Assembly (NCBI RefSeq): GCF_030144855.1
Contig: NC_082720.1
Coordinates: forward strand, 83,576,001-83,640,000
Direction: 5' to 3'
From: Hypanus sabinus
Lineage: Eukaryota
DNA length: 64,000 nucleotides
Numbering within the stretch: position 1 is the first letter of the stretch; each line of letters starts with the position of its first letter. A program made the translations under genes and the position numbers. The notes under the pieces were generated by a model. That model searched no databases, was not told the DNA's origin, and saw nothing but the letters and a program-made list of their open reading frames with translations. This document shows, in pieces, positions 26,046-38,727 of this stretch.

Positions 26046-26880
26046 AACATAGAACAGTACAGCACATGAACAGGTCCTTGACCCCACCATGCCAATTTAA
26101 ACAAATCATATTTGCCTGCACATAGAACATAGAACAGTATAGGCTGGCACATCAGTCCACATTGCTGTGCAAACTTTTAACTTACTCCAAAGTCAATCTA
26201 ACCCTTCCCTCCACATAGTCCTCTGTTTTTCTGTCATCCATGCATCTAGCCAAGAGTCTCTTACATGCCCCTAACATACATATCTGCCTCTACCACTACT
26301 CCCAAGAAGTTCATTCCGTACACTTTGATAAGTGCATAAAAACTTTCACTGACTTCCCCACATTCCTTACTTTCCTTCAATCACCTTCCTCAGCAATTCA
26401 GGAACAGCTTCTTCCCCTCTGCCATCTGACTCCTAAATGGACATTGAACACTTGGATACTAACTCATTTTTAAAATATATATTATTTCTGTTTTGGCATA
26501 ATTTTTAATCTATTCAATATACATATACTGTAATTGATTTTCTTAATTATTTATTATTATTATTATTATTATTTTATTTTGTTTTTTTTCTTCTATATTA
26601 TGTATTGCATTGGACTGCTACTGCTAAATTAACAAATTTCACGTCACATGCCAGTGATAATAAACCTGACTCTGATTCTGAAAACTATGCCCTCTCATGT
26701 CCACTCTGGGAATAAGGTGATGAAAGTCCACTCTGTCCATACCTCCTATCATCTTATACATGTCTATCAAGTCATCCCTCACCTTCCATCAGTCCAAAAC
26801 AGAAAAGCCCTAGCTTGCTCAAATGTTCCTGAAGATCTAGGCAGCATCCTGGTAATTCATCTTTGCTTCTACATCCTTCT
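26046..26880 (-). mobile_element. CR1-tailed 3' fragments (two stacked TTCTATG tails) interrupted by a Rex/Babar tail
   Basis: aacatagaacagtacagcac at 26046 and catagaacatagaacagt at 26120; CR1 sequence resumes at 26681. Confidence 0.7.
26388..26680 (+). mobile_element. Rex1/Babar 3' fragment containing (ATT)n
   Basis: ttcaggaacagcttcttcccctctgccatc...ataataaacctgactctgattctg. Confidence 0.85.
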
Positions 26881-26899
26881 ACTAATGATCACAAACCCT

Positions 26900-27560
26900 T
26901 TTTTCCCATCTGTTCACATACTCATTTAAATTCCTAGATCTTCAGTGTTGATATCTGGTTCTACAACGACCCTGGCAGTGTCTTCCAGGCACTTACCACT
27001 AAATGTATAAAAATACTTGCTTCACAAATCCCCTTTAAACTTTCCCCTCTCACCTTAAACCTATTTCCTTGTGTATATGGCACCTCCAAATTGGGCAAAA
27101 GACCAACCATCTACCCTACCTATGCCTCTGATAGTTAGATATACTTCTATCATGTTGTCCCTCATCTCTGATATCCCAGAGAAATCAATACAGGTTTCTC
27201 ACACCTCTTCTTATAGCTAATACTGTCTAATCCAGGTAACATACCAATGGAGCCTCTCTGCAGCCTCTGCAAAGACTCCACATACTTGCTGTAACACAGC
27301 AGCTAGAACTACGTGCAATACTCCAAATGTGGCCTAACCAAAGCTTTCTACGCCTGCAACTTTACTTCCTAACTTTCACACACAATGCCGCAAGTGGCAA
27401 AGGCAAGTTTGCCAATTGTCTTAGTTACCATCCTGTTCACATATGTTAATATTTCAGAAAGTAAAGGATTTGCACCCTAGAATTGCTCTGTACATCAAAG
27501 CTCCAAAGGGTCCTGCCATTTACTGTATACTTTCTGCTTACATTGGACCACTGCCATTTC
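26900..27560 (-). mobile_element. Old CR1 RT C-terminal fragment
   Basis: Reverse complement gives LVRPHLEYC (caatactccaaatgtggcctaacca) and YTVNGRTL. Confidence 0.75.
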
Positions 27561-27882
27561 TCTCACTCTTTCTTCACACATGAAAGCATGGCCTAATTTT
27601 GTATAATTAATCATTCTGCAAAGTTCAGAAGTTGGAGTTCCAGCCACTCAGTTCATTTTCTTTGGCTTTTATTTATTCTTGGAAATAAGAAGATATAGGT
27701 AAACTAGCTTTATTATACAGTTCTGATTTGTTCAAATATTGTCTTCTCCTTCAACTAATGCAAAATTTCTGACATTAATACTTTTTCATATTTGCTTAGT
27801 ACAGAATCAAATAACAAAGAGGGAACACCAATACATTTCCAAGTAAGAAGCATGTGTGGCGTGAATGTGATAATATTCTCAC

Positions 27883-27993
27883 CAACAATGATGTTCCTGT
27901 AATCTTTAGCAGTGTAATTGCGGAGGAGGAACTGCTGACTAGGCAATCTTGGTGAGCTGCTGTAATGCATTCTGTTGACAGCACCTGCTGTTC
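27883..27993 (-). CDS. Candidate exon EQQVLSTECITAAHQDCLVSSSSSAITLLKITGTSLL
   Basis: Acceptor gttcttgtttcttttgttgaaatcttag, donor TTG|gtgaga, 111 nt, open in phase 0; lies in non-repeat DNA. Confidence 0.4.
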
Positions 27994-28502
27994 CTAAGAT
28001 TTCAACAAAAGAAACAAGAACACAACACAAAAGGCCTCGAAAACCTAATCTACTATTCACTAGAATCACGGCCGACCCTCAGCCTCAAAGTTCTTCATAT
28101 TATTTAATTCCATTAGAATCAGTGAACTATCATCCTCAGTTTTGTATCATACAGTACTTAATGTTTGTCCAGTGACCTCTGGGATAGAGAATTCCAAAGT
28201 TTCACATCTCTGTGTGAAGAAATTCTACTTCCCAGTACTAAACTGGCAATTTCCTCCTGAAATGAAGGCCCTTGGTTCTCAACTCTGCAGGTGCTAAACA
28301 GAGAATGAAGACTCATTGAGTGATAGTACCAATGGTTTAATGTACATCTGACTCCTGAGTGATATCAGACCTCCTGGGTGCTGTTTTGGATGCAATATTT
28401 AAATCCAATGCTTTGCATATATTCATTTGTATCCCTGTTCTGAGCCACTCTAGTCCTGTTCAGAAGGTGAAGGTAAATGGACTCCAAGGCTGAGAATATA
28501 AC

Positions 28503-28595
28503 CAACTTGTCATGGTACTCATGTTCCATCGTGCTCTTGAGGTTACAGTTCTCACGTAGCTGTTGTTTCAGCTTTTGATTATAGTTAACCAAAGA
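28503..28595 (-). CDS. Candidate exon SLVNYNQKLKQQLRENCNLKSTMEHEYHDKL (coiled-coil-like)
   Basis: Acceptor gttgtatgtccttatatcgacag; donor weak and ambiguous (gttata after 28503 or gttggt after 28507). Confidence 0.3.
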
Positions 28596-28877
28596 CTGTC
28601 GATATAAGGACATACAACAACACAATCTTCATGTTACTTCTTTCCTCCTGATGTCTAGGTATCAATCAGTTCATTATGACAGGAATTGTAAATGGAGTTT
28701 AGCACAACACACCAGTCATATCACAAGGTACAAAACTCTTCTTTAATTCACTGTGCCCAATACAAGCAGCACCTTTCACTTTCTAACCATTTTCTGGTTA
28801 AAGACACAACCAAAATGAAGGAACTCAGCAGGTCAGACAGTGTCTATGGAGGGGAAAAAGACTCCCTTTCTGGTTTC

Positions 28878-29218
28878 TGGTTGAAGAAGAGGGCTGGGAA
28901 CATCATAAAGGACTCCTTCCATCCTGCTCACGGACTGTTTGAACTGCTTCCGTCTGGTAGGCGCTTCAGATCCCTCCAGACTAAGACTAATAGGCACTGG
29001 AGAAGTTTTTTCCCTACTGTGGTCACTTTGCTGAACAGTTAACTGCCAGTTAACTGTCGGCTAACTATTACTTGGATTGCACTACCTGTATGTATAATCT
29101 ATATTTTCATTTATATTTATCATTATTATTGTTATGAGCAGAGAGACATACTGCCGGAAGTAAATTCCTTGTATGTGCACAGGTACTTGGCGATTAAAGT
29201 CTGATTCTGATTCTGATT
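28878..29218 (+). mobile_element. Young Rex1/Babar 3' fragment
   Basis: Open frame KKRAGNIIKDSFHPAHGLFELLPSGRRFRSLQTKTNRHWRSFFPTVVTLLNS*; tail attaaag(tctgat)3. Confidence 0.9.
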
Positions 29219-29235
29219 CCCTCTTCCTTCCTTTC

Positions 29236-29273
29236 CAGTCCCGATGAAAGATCTTGGCCTGAAACATCGACTG
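29236..29273 (+). ncRNA. Minimal type-I hammerhead ribozyme motif (degenerate), PLE-associated
   Basis: Stem I cagtc/gactg is perfect; core CCGATGA (U4>C) ... GAAACATC; stem II weakened. Confidence 0.7.
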
Positions 29274-29499
29274 TTTCAAAGACCTCTTGAGTTCCTCAAG
29301 GCTCTTGTGTGAATTTCCCAGAACTTCCAACATTCTCAGAATCTCTTGTGTTCTGGATCAAGATGTTTTCCTGTATACTTGGTATGTGATGCGATTAGGC
29401 ATGGTTTTGTCTGCATTAACACTTTTGTATTCACTACTTATACACATGAATGTTTCTTACAACTTGTCAAAGTTTGTGTACTAACCAATTTTCCTATGT

Positions 29500-30190
29500 A
29501 GATACAAGGGAGACTGCAGATGCTGGAAGCTGGAGCAACATGCAAAGGTGCTGGCGGAACACAGTGGCTCAGGCAGTAACTATGGAGGGAAATATATTGA
29601 TACTTCAGACTGAGACCTTTCATCACAACTGGAAAGGAAGAGGGAAGAAGCCAGAATAAAAGGTTAAGTGGAGGAAGATGGGGAGGAACATGAGCTGACA
29701 GGTGATAGGTAATTCCTAATGGGGGAAGGTGGAGGCAAGAGTGCGGGGGCGAGAGAGAAGAGGAAAATGAGGTGAGAAACTGGGAGGTGATATGGGAACA
29801 GGCAAAGGTCTCTCTTTCCTCTCTGCTGCCCTCCCAGTGATCTCTCATCACTCACAAATTCTTTCCTGTGGTTCCCCACCTCCTTCCCTTTATTCCATGG
29901 TATACTGCCCTCTTGTCAGATTCCTTCTTCTTTAGTCCTTTGCCACTTACACCTATCACCTCCCAGCTTCTCACATCAATCCACTTATCATCCTCTCCTT
30001 CACCCTCCTGCCTTACACCCTTACCCTGGATTTACGTATCACCCGCTTGAGCTCTTCCCCTTCTCCCTATAGCTTTGGCTTCTGTCCTCTTCCTTTCCAG
30101 TCTTAATGAAGGGTCTGTGCTCAAATCATTGACCGTTCATTTTCCTCCATAGATGTTGCCATACCCATTGAATTCCTCCCCCATTTTTGG
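29500..30190. mobile_element. PLE inverted terminal-repeat pair (minus 29500-29808, plus about 29810-30190)
   Basis: gtgagaaactgggaggtgata vs tatcacctcccagcttctcac; actggaaaggaagagg vs cctcttcctttccagt; decayed hammerheads at 29594-29631 (-) and 30098-30135 (+). Confidence 0.8.
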
Positions 30191-30199
30191 TATAGGAGG

Positions 30200-33100
30200 C
30201 AAGTCATAAGATTTTTGGATCATTGGGCTGTCTTCCAAGGCAGGTGGGACCCACACAGAAGAGATGGTTTGCACCTGAATGGAAAGAAGACAAATATTCT
30301 AGCGGGAAGGTTTGCTACTACAGCAATGTTGGGGGGTGGGGAGTCGGGGAAGTGTTTAAGCTAGAATTACGGTGGCGTGGGAACCAGAGTGCCAAAATGG
30401 ATAGTGGAGAGGTTGTGGAGACATGTTGTTAAGACCTCAGACAAAGTCAAAAGGTCTTAACAAAAGGTTGAGCATGGTGCATATATTTCAATGCAAGTAG
30501 TATCATAGAAAAGGCAGATGAGCTCAGAGCACGGATCAACACATGGAATTATGATAATGTAGACATTAGTGAGATTTGGTTGCAGAAGGGGCAGGACTAG
30601 TAGCTCAATATTGCAGGGTTCTGTTGCTTTAGACGTGACTGACTGAGTGGGAGTGTTACTAATCTAGGAAAATGTAATGGCAGTGCTCAGTCAGGACAGT
30701 CTGGAGAACTCGTCTAGTGAAGTGTCATGGGTGGAACTGAGTAATAAGAAAGGAAAGACCATGTAAACGGGGCTATATTACAGAACACCTTGCGGTCCAA
30801 GGGATTTAGAGGAACAAATTTGTAGACAGAACACGGACTGTTGCAATAAACGTAAGGTTGTTATAGTAGGTGATTTTAACTTTCCACATATTGACTGGGA
30901 CACCCATACAGTTAAACGACTGGATGCTATAGAGTTTGCTGAATGTGTTCAAGAAAGTTTTCTCAATCAGTACATAGAAGTCCCAATGAGAGAGAGTGTG
31001 CAATACTTGATCTGTTTTTAGGGAATGAGGCAAGCCAGGTGACAGAAGTTGTTGTAGGTGAACGCTTTGCACCTAGTGATCACAATGCCATTAGTTTCAA
31101 AAGAAATACACAAAAAGATAGGCCTATTTGCAATTCTGAATTCGAGAAAGGCCAATTTTGATGGTATCAGAAAGGATTTGGCAAGTCTGGATTGGAACAG
31201 GCTGTTCTCTGGTAAAGGTGTACTTGGTAAGTGGGAGGCCTTCAAAAATGAAATTTTGAAACTACAAAGCTTATATGTGCCTATCAGTATAAAAGGTAAA
31301 GAAAACACATTTAGGGAACCTTGGTTTTCAAGAGTTATTGAGGCACTGGTTAAGCAAGTATAGGCAGGTAGGAAATAAAGAGGGGCTTATGGTGTACAAG
31401 AAATGGAAGAGAACACTTAAGAAAGAAGTCAGGAGGGTGAAAAGAAGGTGTGAGGTTTCTTTTAGCAGACAAGAAGTGGAGAATCCCAAGGGATTCCACA
31501 GATGTGTTAATAGCAAATGGATTGCTCCCTGGAAGGTCAGGTTGGTAATCCATGTGTGGAGCTAAAAGAGATGGGGGAGATCTTAAATGGACTTTTCACA
31601 TCTGTAGTTACCCAGGAGACAGACAGAGTCTTTAGAAGTGAGGCAAAACAGCATCAACTTCATGGACTCTATACTTTTTTCAGAGGAGGAGCTGTTTGCC
31701 GTCTTGAGGCAGATTAGGGTGGATACGTCCCCAGGGCCTGACGAGGTGTTCCCTCTGACCCGGCTGAAGGCATTGCAGAAATTGCCAGGGCCCTAGCAGA
31801 GATATTAAAATCCCCCTTAGTGACAGGTGATGTACCAAAGGATTGGAGGATAGCCAATATTGTTCTGTTGTTTAAGAAAGGCTCTCAAAATAAACTGGGA
31901 AATTATAGGCCGGTGAGCCTGACATCAGTAGTTGGAAAGTTATTGAAAAGTATTCTAAGGGACCAGATATATGAGTAATTAAATAGACAGGGGCTGATTA
32001 AGGATAGTCAGCATGTTTCATACATAGTAAATCATGTCTAACCAATCTTATGGAGATTTTCAAAGAAATAACCAGGAACGTTGATGAAGGCAAGTCAGTG
32101 GACATTGTCTACATGGCCTTTAGCAAGGTGCTTGACAAGGTCCCGCACGAGAGTTTGATCAAGAAGGTTCAGTTGCTTGGCATTCAAGATGAGGTAGTAA
32201 ATTGGATTAAACATTGGCTTTATCGGGGAAGCCAGAGAGTGGTAGTAAATGTTTGCCTCTCTGTCGGAAGGTCTGTGACTAATGGAGTGCTGCAGGGATC
32301 GGTGCTGTGTCCATTGTTGTTCATCATCTATATCAATGATCTGGATGATAATGCAGTTAACTGGATCAGTAAGTTTGCAGATAACACCAAAATTGGAGCT
32401 ATAGTGGACAGCGAAGAAGGCTTGCAGTGGGATCTGGACCAGCTGGAAAGATAGCAGAATGAATTTTAATGCAGTCAAGTGTGAGGTGTTGCACTTTGGA
32501 ATGACCAGCCAGCATAGGTCTTACATGGTGAACGGTAGGGCATCAAGGAGTATGGTACAACAAAGGGATCTGGGAATACTGGTCCATAATTCATTAAAAG
32601 TGGTGTCACAGGTAAATAGGGTCATAAAGAAATCTTTTGGCATGTTGTTCTTCATAAATTATTGTACAGGAGATGGGATGTTATGTTGTATAAGATATTG
32701 GTGAGGCCTAATTTGGAGTATTGTATACTGTTTTGGTCACCTAACTATAGGAAAGATGTTAGTAATGTTGAAAGAGTACAGAGAAAATTTTACAAGGATG
32801 TTGCCGGGTCTGGAGTTATAAGGAAAGATTGAATAGGTTTGAACTTTTATTCCTTAGACTGTGCAGTAGAAGATTGAGAGGAGATTTGATAAAGGTATAC
32901 AAAATTATTAAGGGTATAGATAGGGTAAATGCAAGCAGGTTTTTTCCATGGAGGTTGAGTGGGACTACAACTGGAGTTCATGGATTAAAGTTGAAAGGTG
33001 AAAAGTTTAATGGGAACATCTTCTTTACTCAATGAGTGGGTGGAACGAACTGCCAGTGCAAGTGATGCAGGCGACCTTGATTTCAATGTTAAACAGAAGT

Positions 33101-33238
33101 TTGGATAAATACGTGGATGGTTGGGGTATTGAGGGCTATGCTCCCAGTGCAGATCAATGGGAGTAGGCAGTTTAAATGGCTTGCTGTGGATTGAATGGGC
33201 CAAAGGGTCTGCTTCTGTACTGTACTTTTCTATGACTA
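30200..33238 (+). mobile_element. CR1 LINE, end of ORF1 plus decayed ORF2
   Basis: GDFNFPHIDW, SDHNAI and ORF 32050-32454 (FSKVLDKVPH, QGSVLCP, FADNTK); tail ttctatgactat. Confidence 0.95.
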
Positions 33239-33371
33239 TTTTGTGTGTGATGCTTCATTTCATTATGTATTATTTTTCAGTGCCAAAGTTATTAAAGTTG
33301 AAGGAATGAAACCAATCTGGTCACAAGGAACTTTGGCAAACTTATTATAATAATTACCATTGTTGATTTTA

Positions 33372-33470
33372 AACTCAAAAGATTCTGCAGTTACTGGAAA
33401 TCCAGTGCTGCACACACAAAATGCAGGAGGAACTCAGCAAGCTAGACAGCATCTATGGAGGGAAATAAAT
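33372..33470 (-). mobile_element. PLE terminal fragment ending just before the hammerhead
   Basis: ctgcagttactggaaatcca...cacacaaaatgcaggaggaactcagcaag...agcatctatggaggg. Confidence 0.7.
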
Positions 33471-33519
33471 ATTGTTGATTTTGTCAGTTGAAGAATAAAT
33501 ACTCTTTTTTCAAAACTGT

Positions 33520-33722
33520 ATAACAGAAACTTCAGCAGACATATGGAGTCCTGGGTTAACAGTACATTCAAGAAATGCTTCTTCAGACTTACTTCTTACT
33601 GACATTCCTTTAGTGCTACATTGCATCGTTAGCCTAGATTTTTTGTTTAAATCCCTGGAGCACAATCTGAACCTTTATACTCTAAATCAGAGTGCTTGTT
33701 TCCAACCAAGCTCCAGCTGATT
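33520..33722 (-). mobile_element. Deu-SINE-like remnant
   Basis: ttagcctagattttttgtttaaatccctggag...ctgaacc...agagtgct. Confidence 0.45.
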
Positions 33723-34324
33723 CAGTTTATTTTTTTTAAAAAGCAATGACATAAATAATACTATGAGGTCAAAATGGAAGTCTAATCTGAAAGGTTGATG
33801 CAATCACTCAGCACTAAAACACTAACAGCATTTTGCTATTAGATATAATGGACAATATGTGTCACAATAAAAATGTAAAATGTGCTTTCCTTGCTGTTTA
33901 CAAATTAAAGCCTAACAAACACTTTGGATAATGTAGGAAAACCTATTACTGCAAGCAGAAAATTAATCATAGATCCAAATGCTATTTGAAACAGAGGCTG
34001 GAGAAGGACATAGCAGACAAAAAAATACCTTAAAATTCATGTCAACTGGTCAATTCCTGAAGATGGTTCCTGATCATCTCAGTATTATAATGGCTGATGT
34101 TTTGCTTCCCTATGCCTATTTTACTCTAGTCCTGCAATTTCCAAAGTTCACATTTTAAATAGATACAACAAATTTGCATTGAACCCAAAATAAGCCAAAG
34201 TACAAATACTTATTTTGGGAAGTATTGGAGCTAAGCCCTGGTTACCTTGGAAGAGTTGGTATATTAAATTTTCGGCAAGGCACCTGTACCATCCTCTTAG
34301 ATGCACACATTCATTTCAAGTGTG

Positions 34325-35200
34325 ATATATTTCTAGAATACCAACATTACCAGTATCGTTCACAATGAAGAGAAGTATCTAATATTGCAACAGGATCTGG
34401 ATCAAATTGGAAAGATGGCCAAGGAATGGATGATTGGATGTAACTAGGTCAAGTGTGAAAGGTTGCATTTTAGTAAATTAAATCAGGGCAGGACTTACGC
34501 AGTAATAGCAGGGCTCTGGAGACTGCAGTAGAACAAAGAGATCAAGGAGAACAAGTGCATTGTCTCTGGAAGTGGCAATAGAGGTAGACTTGGTGGTGAA
34601 GATGTCACAATTAGTTTTGCTACAATAAGTGTATGGGACACTGGAAAAATGTTGAATTTCCCCTTGGGGATGAATAAAGTATCTATCTATCTATCTATTA
34701 GTCAGGGTGCTAGGTACAAGTGTTGGTTGTTATGCTGAATAAGACATTTGGAAGTCTATTCTTGGGGTGTTGTGGGCAGTGCAGATTGCCAAGCTATAGA
34801 AAGGATGTCATTAAACTGGAAAGGATACAAAAATATTCACAAGAATGTTACAGGGACAGGAGGATGTGAGTTATAAGGAGAGCCTGGATTAGCTGTGGAT
34901 AGGTTTTCTCACCCTGGACTATAGGAGGCACAGGGATGACCTGAAGGAGACGTATACAATCCTGAGAGGCATGGACGCGGTGAATGGTAACACTGCATTT
35001 ACCCACATCAGAAAAGTCTATAGCGTGAGAGAGAAAAGACTTAAAGGGAATATGAGGGGTGATGGGTATGGAGAAGTTGTGGATGCAAGTACAGTAACAA
35101 TTTTTTAATGGAAATTTGGGCAGATTAATGGACAGGAAAGGTTTAGAGGAATATGGGTTAGCATGGTTGATTTGGACTGAACAGCCTGTTTCCATGACTT
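34325..35200 (+). mobile_element. Old CR1 RT C-terminal fragment
   Basis: LQQDLDQIGK, KCERLHF and YRKDVIKLERIQ segments. Confidence 0.8.
34616..34696 (+). mobile_element. 81-bp retroposon 3' tail with (TATC)n, inserted in CR1
   Basis: aatttccccttggggatgaataaagtatctatctatctatct; TSD attagt at 34610-34615 and 34697-34702. Confidence 0.75.
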
Positions 35201-36109
35201 GAAAGTGGTTTTATAATTAATTTGAAAAACTACATTTTGCTATTCTCAGAAACGTCATCGTGACACATCATATAAAATCAGTTTAAACACTGTATTGAAT
35301 TCAATTATTTTACAAACCAAGGACAATTTCTTACTCTTTATCTGTAATACATGTGGGATATCTAGAGAGTAAAAAACATTTACTTTAAGCCTTATGATGC
35401 ATTGTTTGAAAATCTATGATTGGGCAGTAAAATTGACATTTCATTTTAATGTCAAAGCCATCCATCAGATATGATCCATATCTGCATTTGACTTTGTGAA
35501 GAACACACTTAATGATCAAGTAAGAAAGTAAACATATACTTTCAGGTATGGAGGTCTGAAAACTGGATCAAAGCCTAATAAATATGTGACCAAAGAGAAA
35601 TTATGGTATACATAAATTATATTGAAATCAAAATCTATTGCATTTTCTTTGGTGGTTGTAGCAGATGCAAGAATTGTGGAAACATCTGGAATTATAGCTA
35701 GGTATTGTTAATGACAATTTACCTCTTATTGAGAGAAATTACTTGCATGTATAATGAAGATGAACAGTACTACGTTTCAGTTAGACATGTCACATGCTGC
35801 AGCACAACTTGCTTTGAGTTCTTACATATGTTGTTTCCGTGAGACCGTTCTTTCAAATTCTGAATAAGTTACAAACCCAATATAAGTTATAGACAATGGT
35901 TTGAAAAAGTTTATGGAAGTCTAGGATCTGTGAACAGATTTGATACCCTATATGTTACTTCTCTAATTCTTTTATCCTGCTCATTTTACCCTTGTAAGTA
36001 AGAAAGCTGAACTATGATTCTATAACCATAAAAAGTAAGCACAGCTTAATAGTATAAAACCATCAGGGACTAGTTCAGGATTCTAGGCTAAAAATAGTAT
36101 AAGCTTACC

Positions 36110-36630
36110 TTAAAGTTCAAATTCCAAAAAGTATATTATCAAAGTACCTTGAGATTTGCCTCCTTATAGGCAGCCAGGAAATGAAGAAACACATAAGAAC
36201 CCATAACAAAGAAGACTGATAAACACCCAATTGTGCAGAGAGAGGACGGAAAACAAGTTGTGATAACAATAAAATTAAGCAAATAGCGTTGAAGATGAAA
36301 GTGAGTCCTCAGACAGGAAGCCCGAGCGGCCAGAGCAAGCCACTGCCTCACCTCAGTGCAGTGCACAGTGGAGTAAAAGTCACAGAGCATGCAGGCATGA
36401 GCCCCAGAGCAACCACAGCAGGGCCACGTGCCTCACGTTGGTGCCGTCAGAGAGGAGTCAATGTCACCGAGCAGCAAGCAGAACTGGCCTGACCCTCTCG
36501 TCTGGTCCCAACACCCTGCCTTTTCAATCCACCTGGCCCGGCATTTAAATTGTCCAAACTTTGGGTCGCTCCTCGCCCTAAGACCTGGGACCTGTCGCAT
36601 CGATACATTCTGGGCTGTGCAGCATTTCTA
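36110..36630 (-). mobile_element. Retroposon with Rex/Babar-type tail and GC-rich body
   Basis: Reverse-complement tail ggtactttgataatatac...tttgaacttt, like 871-940. Confidence 0.55.
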
Positions 36631-37884
36631 GTGATAGCCTTTAATAATGAAAATCTGAACTGAGCTACTTTGATTAGCTATTTTTGAATGCATTTTAAAA
36701 GACAACAGCACTCCCATTAGTCTTTTGCATTCATTTCTAAACTGCAACCAGCCTGAAACAACCACAATTATTATGCAATTAATTACTGTGAATACACTGA
36801 CAAGGCTGCCAAGTAGACAATAGGCATGAATTATGTTATTTTTCTTTTGCCAATTTTAATTAGATCAGTTACCTGTTGGAGCATTAATCACATTTGAAAG
36901 ATACTCAGAACAGAAGGTAATACTTGTGGAGCTGCACAGTGGGAATCAATCAATAAGCTTTCATTAAAACTTGTGACAACTGAAACTACTGCGTTTGTAA
37001 TTCCTTGTACTCTTTCAAACCTCTGGCTGCAAGGGCATGATAGAATGAGGGGTGGAAATAGTTTTGTAGTGCCGAGGTTAGGAGCAAGAACTTAGTAAAC
37101 CAACGGAGGAAATTTGCTTGGAGTGCTTCATGTTCTGTCAATATAACATTTTGCCTCACGTGCAAAGGAAAATTCTTTTTTTGTAAAAAAAAATGAAATT
37201 GCATTCAAGTTTTGGGAGTTACCAAGACTGTTCAGGAATAGCTCAAATGAATTCTCCATCAAAGATCTTTATTACAGAACTGTTCTCTTTGTACACTTAA
37301 TATTTGGAAATAGAGTCCTGAGGATTCCTCAGGGCCATCATTACTATATTGACAGCCACCCCAGATAAAGAGACTGAAATCCTCCAAAATTGCAATAGTT
37401 GTTACAGGCTCTATGATGTCAGACATAATCAGGTAAATGCACACCACTTAAAGACCACTCATTTTGGGGACCATTCTTGCCAGTGCCTTCTGGGAGCATC
37501 TAGCTGAAGGACACTATGAGACCATGAAAATTCTGCACATCTATTAATGTCATCCGGAGTTAATAGAGGTCAGCACCCCTGACTTCTAAAGCACACTATT
37601 TAGTGCATGACAATTAACTCTGGTCCTCCGCAGGGATATATGCTTAGCCCACTGCTCTAGACTCTCTACACCCATGGCTGTGTGGCTAGGCATAGCACAA
37701 ACAGCATCAATAAATTTGCTGATGAAACAACCAGAATTTCAAATGGTGACAAGAGGACATACAGGATCGAGCTAATACCAGTTAGTTGAGAGGTGTTGCA
37801 GCAACAACCTTGCACTCAACGTCAGCCAGAGCAAAGAGCTGATTGTGGACTTCAGGAAGGGCAAAACATGGGAACACACTGACT

Positions 37885-38727
37885 TGGCACCACAGTCTAT
37901 GTCAGAGCATTTCATAGATTCACTACTCTCTGGCTAACAAACTTCCTCCTTAACTCTATTCTAAAAGGTTGTCCCTCAATTTTGAGGCGAGGAAACATCC
38001 TCTCCAAATCCACCATATCTAGTCCTTTCAACATTCACAAAATGCTGGTGGAATGCAGCAGGCCAGGCAGCATCTATAGGGAGAAGCACTGTCGACAATT
38101 CGGGCCGAGACCCTTTGTCAGGAATTTCCAGCATCTGCAGATTTCCTTGTGTTTGCCTTTCAACATTCGGTAGGTTTCAATGAGATCCACATGCAATCTT
38201 CTAAATTCCAATGAGTAGAGGCCCAAAGCTGCCAAATTGTTCTCATATGATAACTCCGTCATTCTTGGAATCTTCCTCATGAACTTTCTCTGGACTCTCT
38301 CCAATGAAAACACATTCTTTCTGAGATATGGGGCCCAAAACTGTTGACAATACTCCAAGTGCAGCCTGACTAGTGTCTTATAAAGGCTCAGCATTATTTC
38401 CTTCCTTCTACATTTTATTCCCCTTGAAATAAATGCCAACATTGCATTTGACTTCTTTACCACAGACTTAACTTGTAAATTAACCTTCTGGGAGTCTTGC
38501 ATGAGGACTTCTAAATCCCTCTGCATTTCTGACGTTTGAACCTTTTCCCCATTTAGGTAACAGCCCGCACTATTACTCCTTTTACCAATGCATTATCATA
38601 CATTTCCCAACACTGTATTCCATCTGCTACTTCTTACCCCATTCTTCCAATTTGTTTAAGTCCTGCTGCAATCGCATTGCTTCCTCAGCACTACCTACCC
38701 CTCCACCTATCTTTGTATCATCTGCAA
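37885..38727 (-). mobile_element. CR1 RT fragment without 3' tail, inside the Rex element
   Basis: Minus ORFs IADDTKIGGGVGS...LQQDL and LVRLHLEYCQQFWAPYLRK. Confidence 0.9.
38037..38155. mobile_element. 119-bp PLE micro-insertion with internal inversion
   Basis: TSD cctttcaacattc at 38024-38036 and 38156-38168; minus piece 38037-38123 joined to plus 3' tail 38123-38155. Confidence 0.88.

Larger units (their letters stand above)
28800..29350. mobile_element. Inverted PLE terminal repeat, split by a Rex/Babar insertion
   Basis: Minus piece ggaactcagcaggtcagacagtgtctatggaggg at 28820; plus piece resumes at 29219 and carries the hammerhead motif. Confidence 0.7.
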
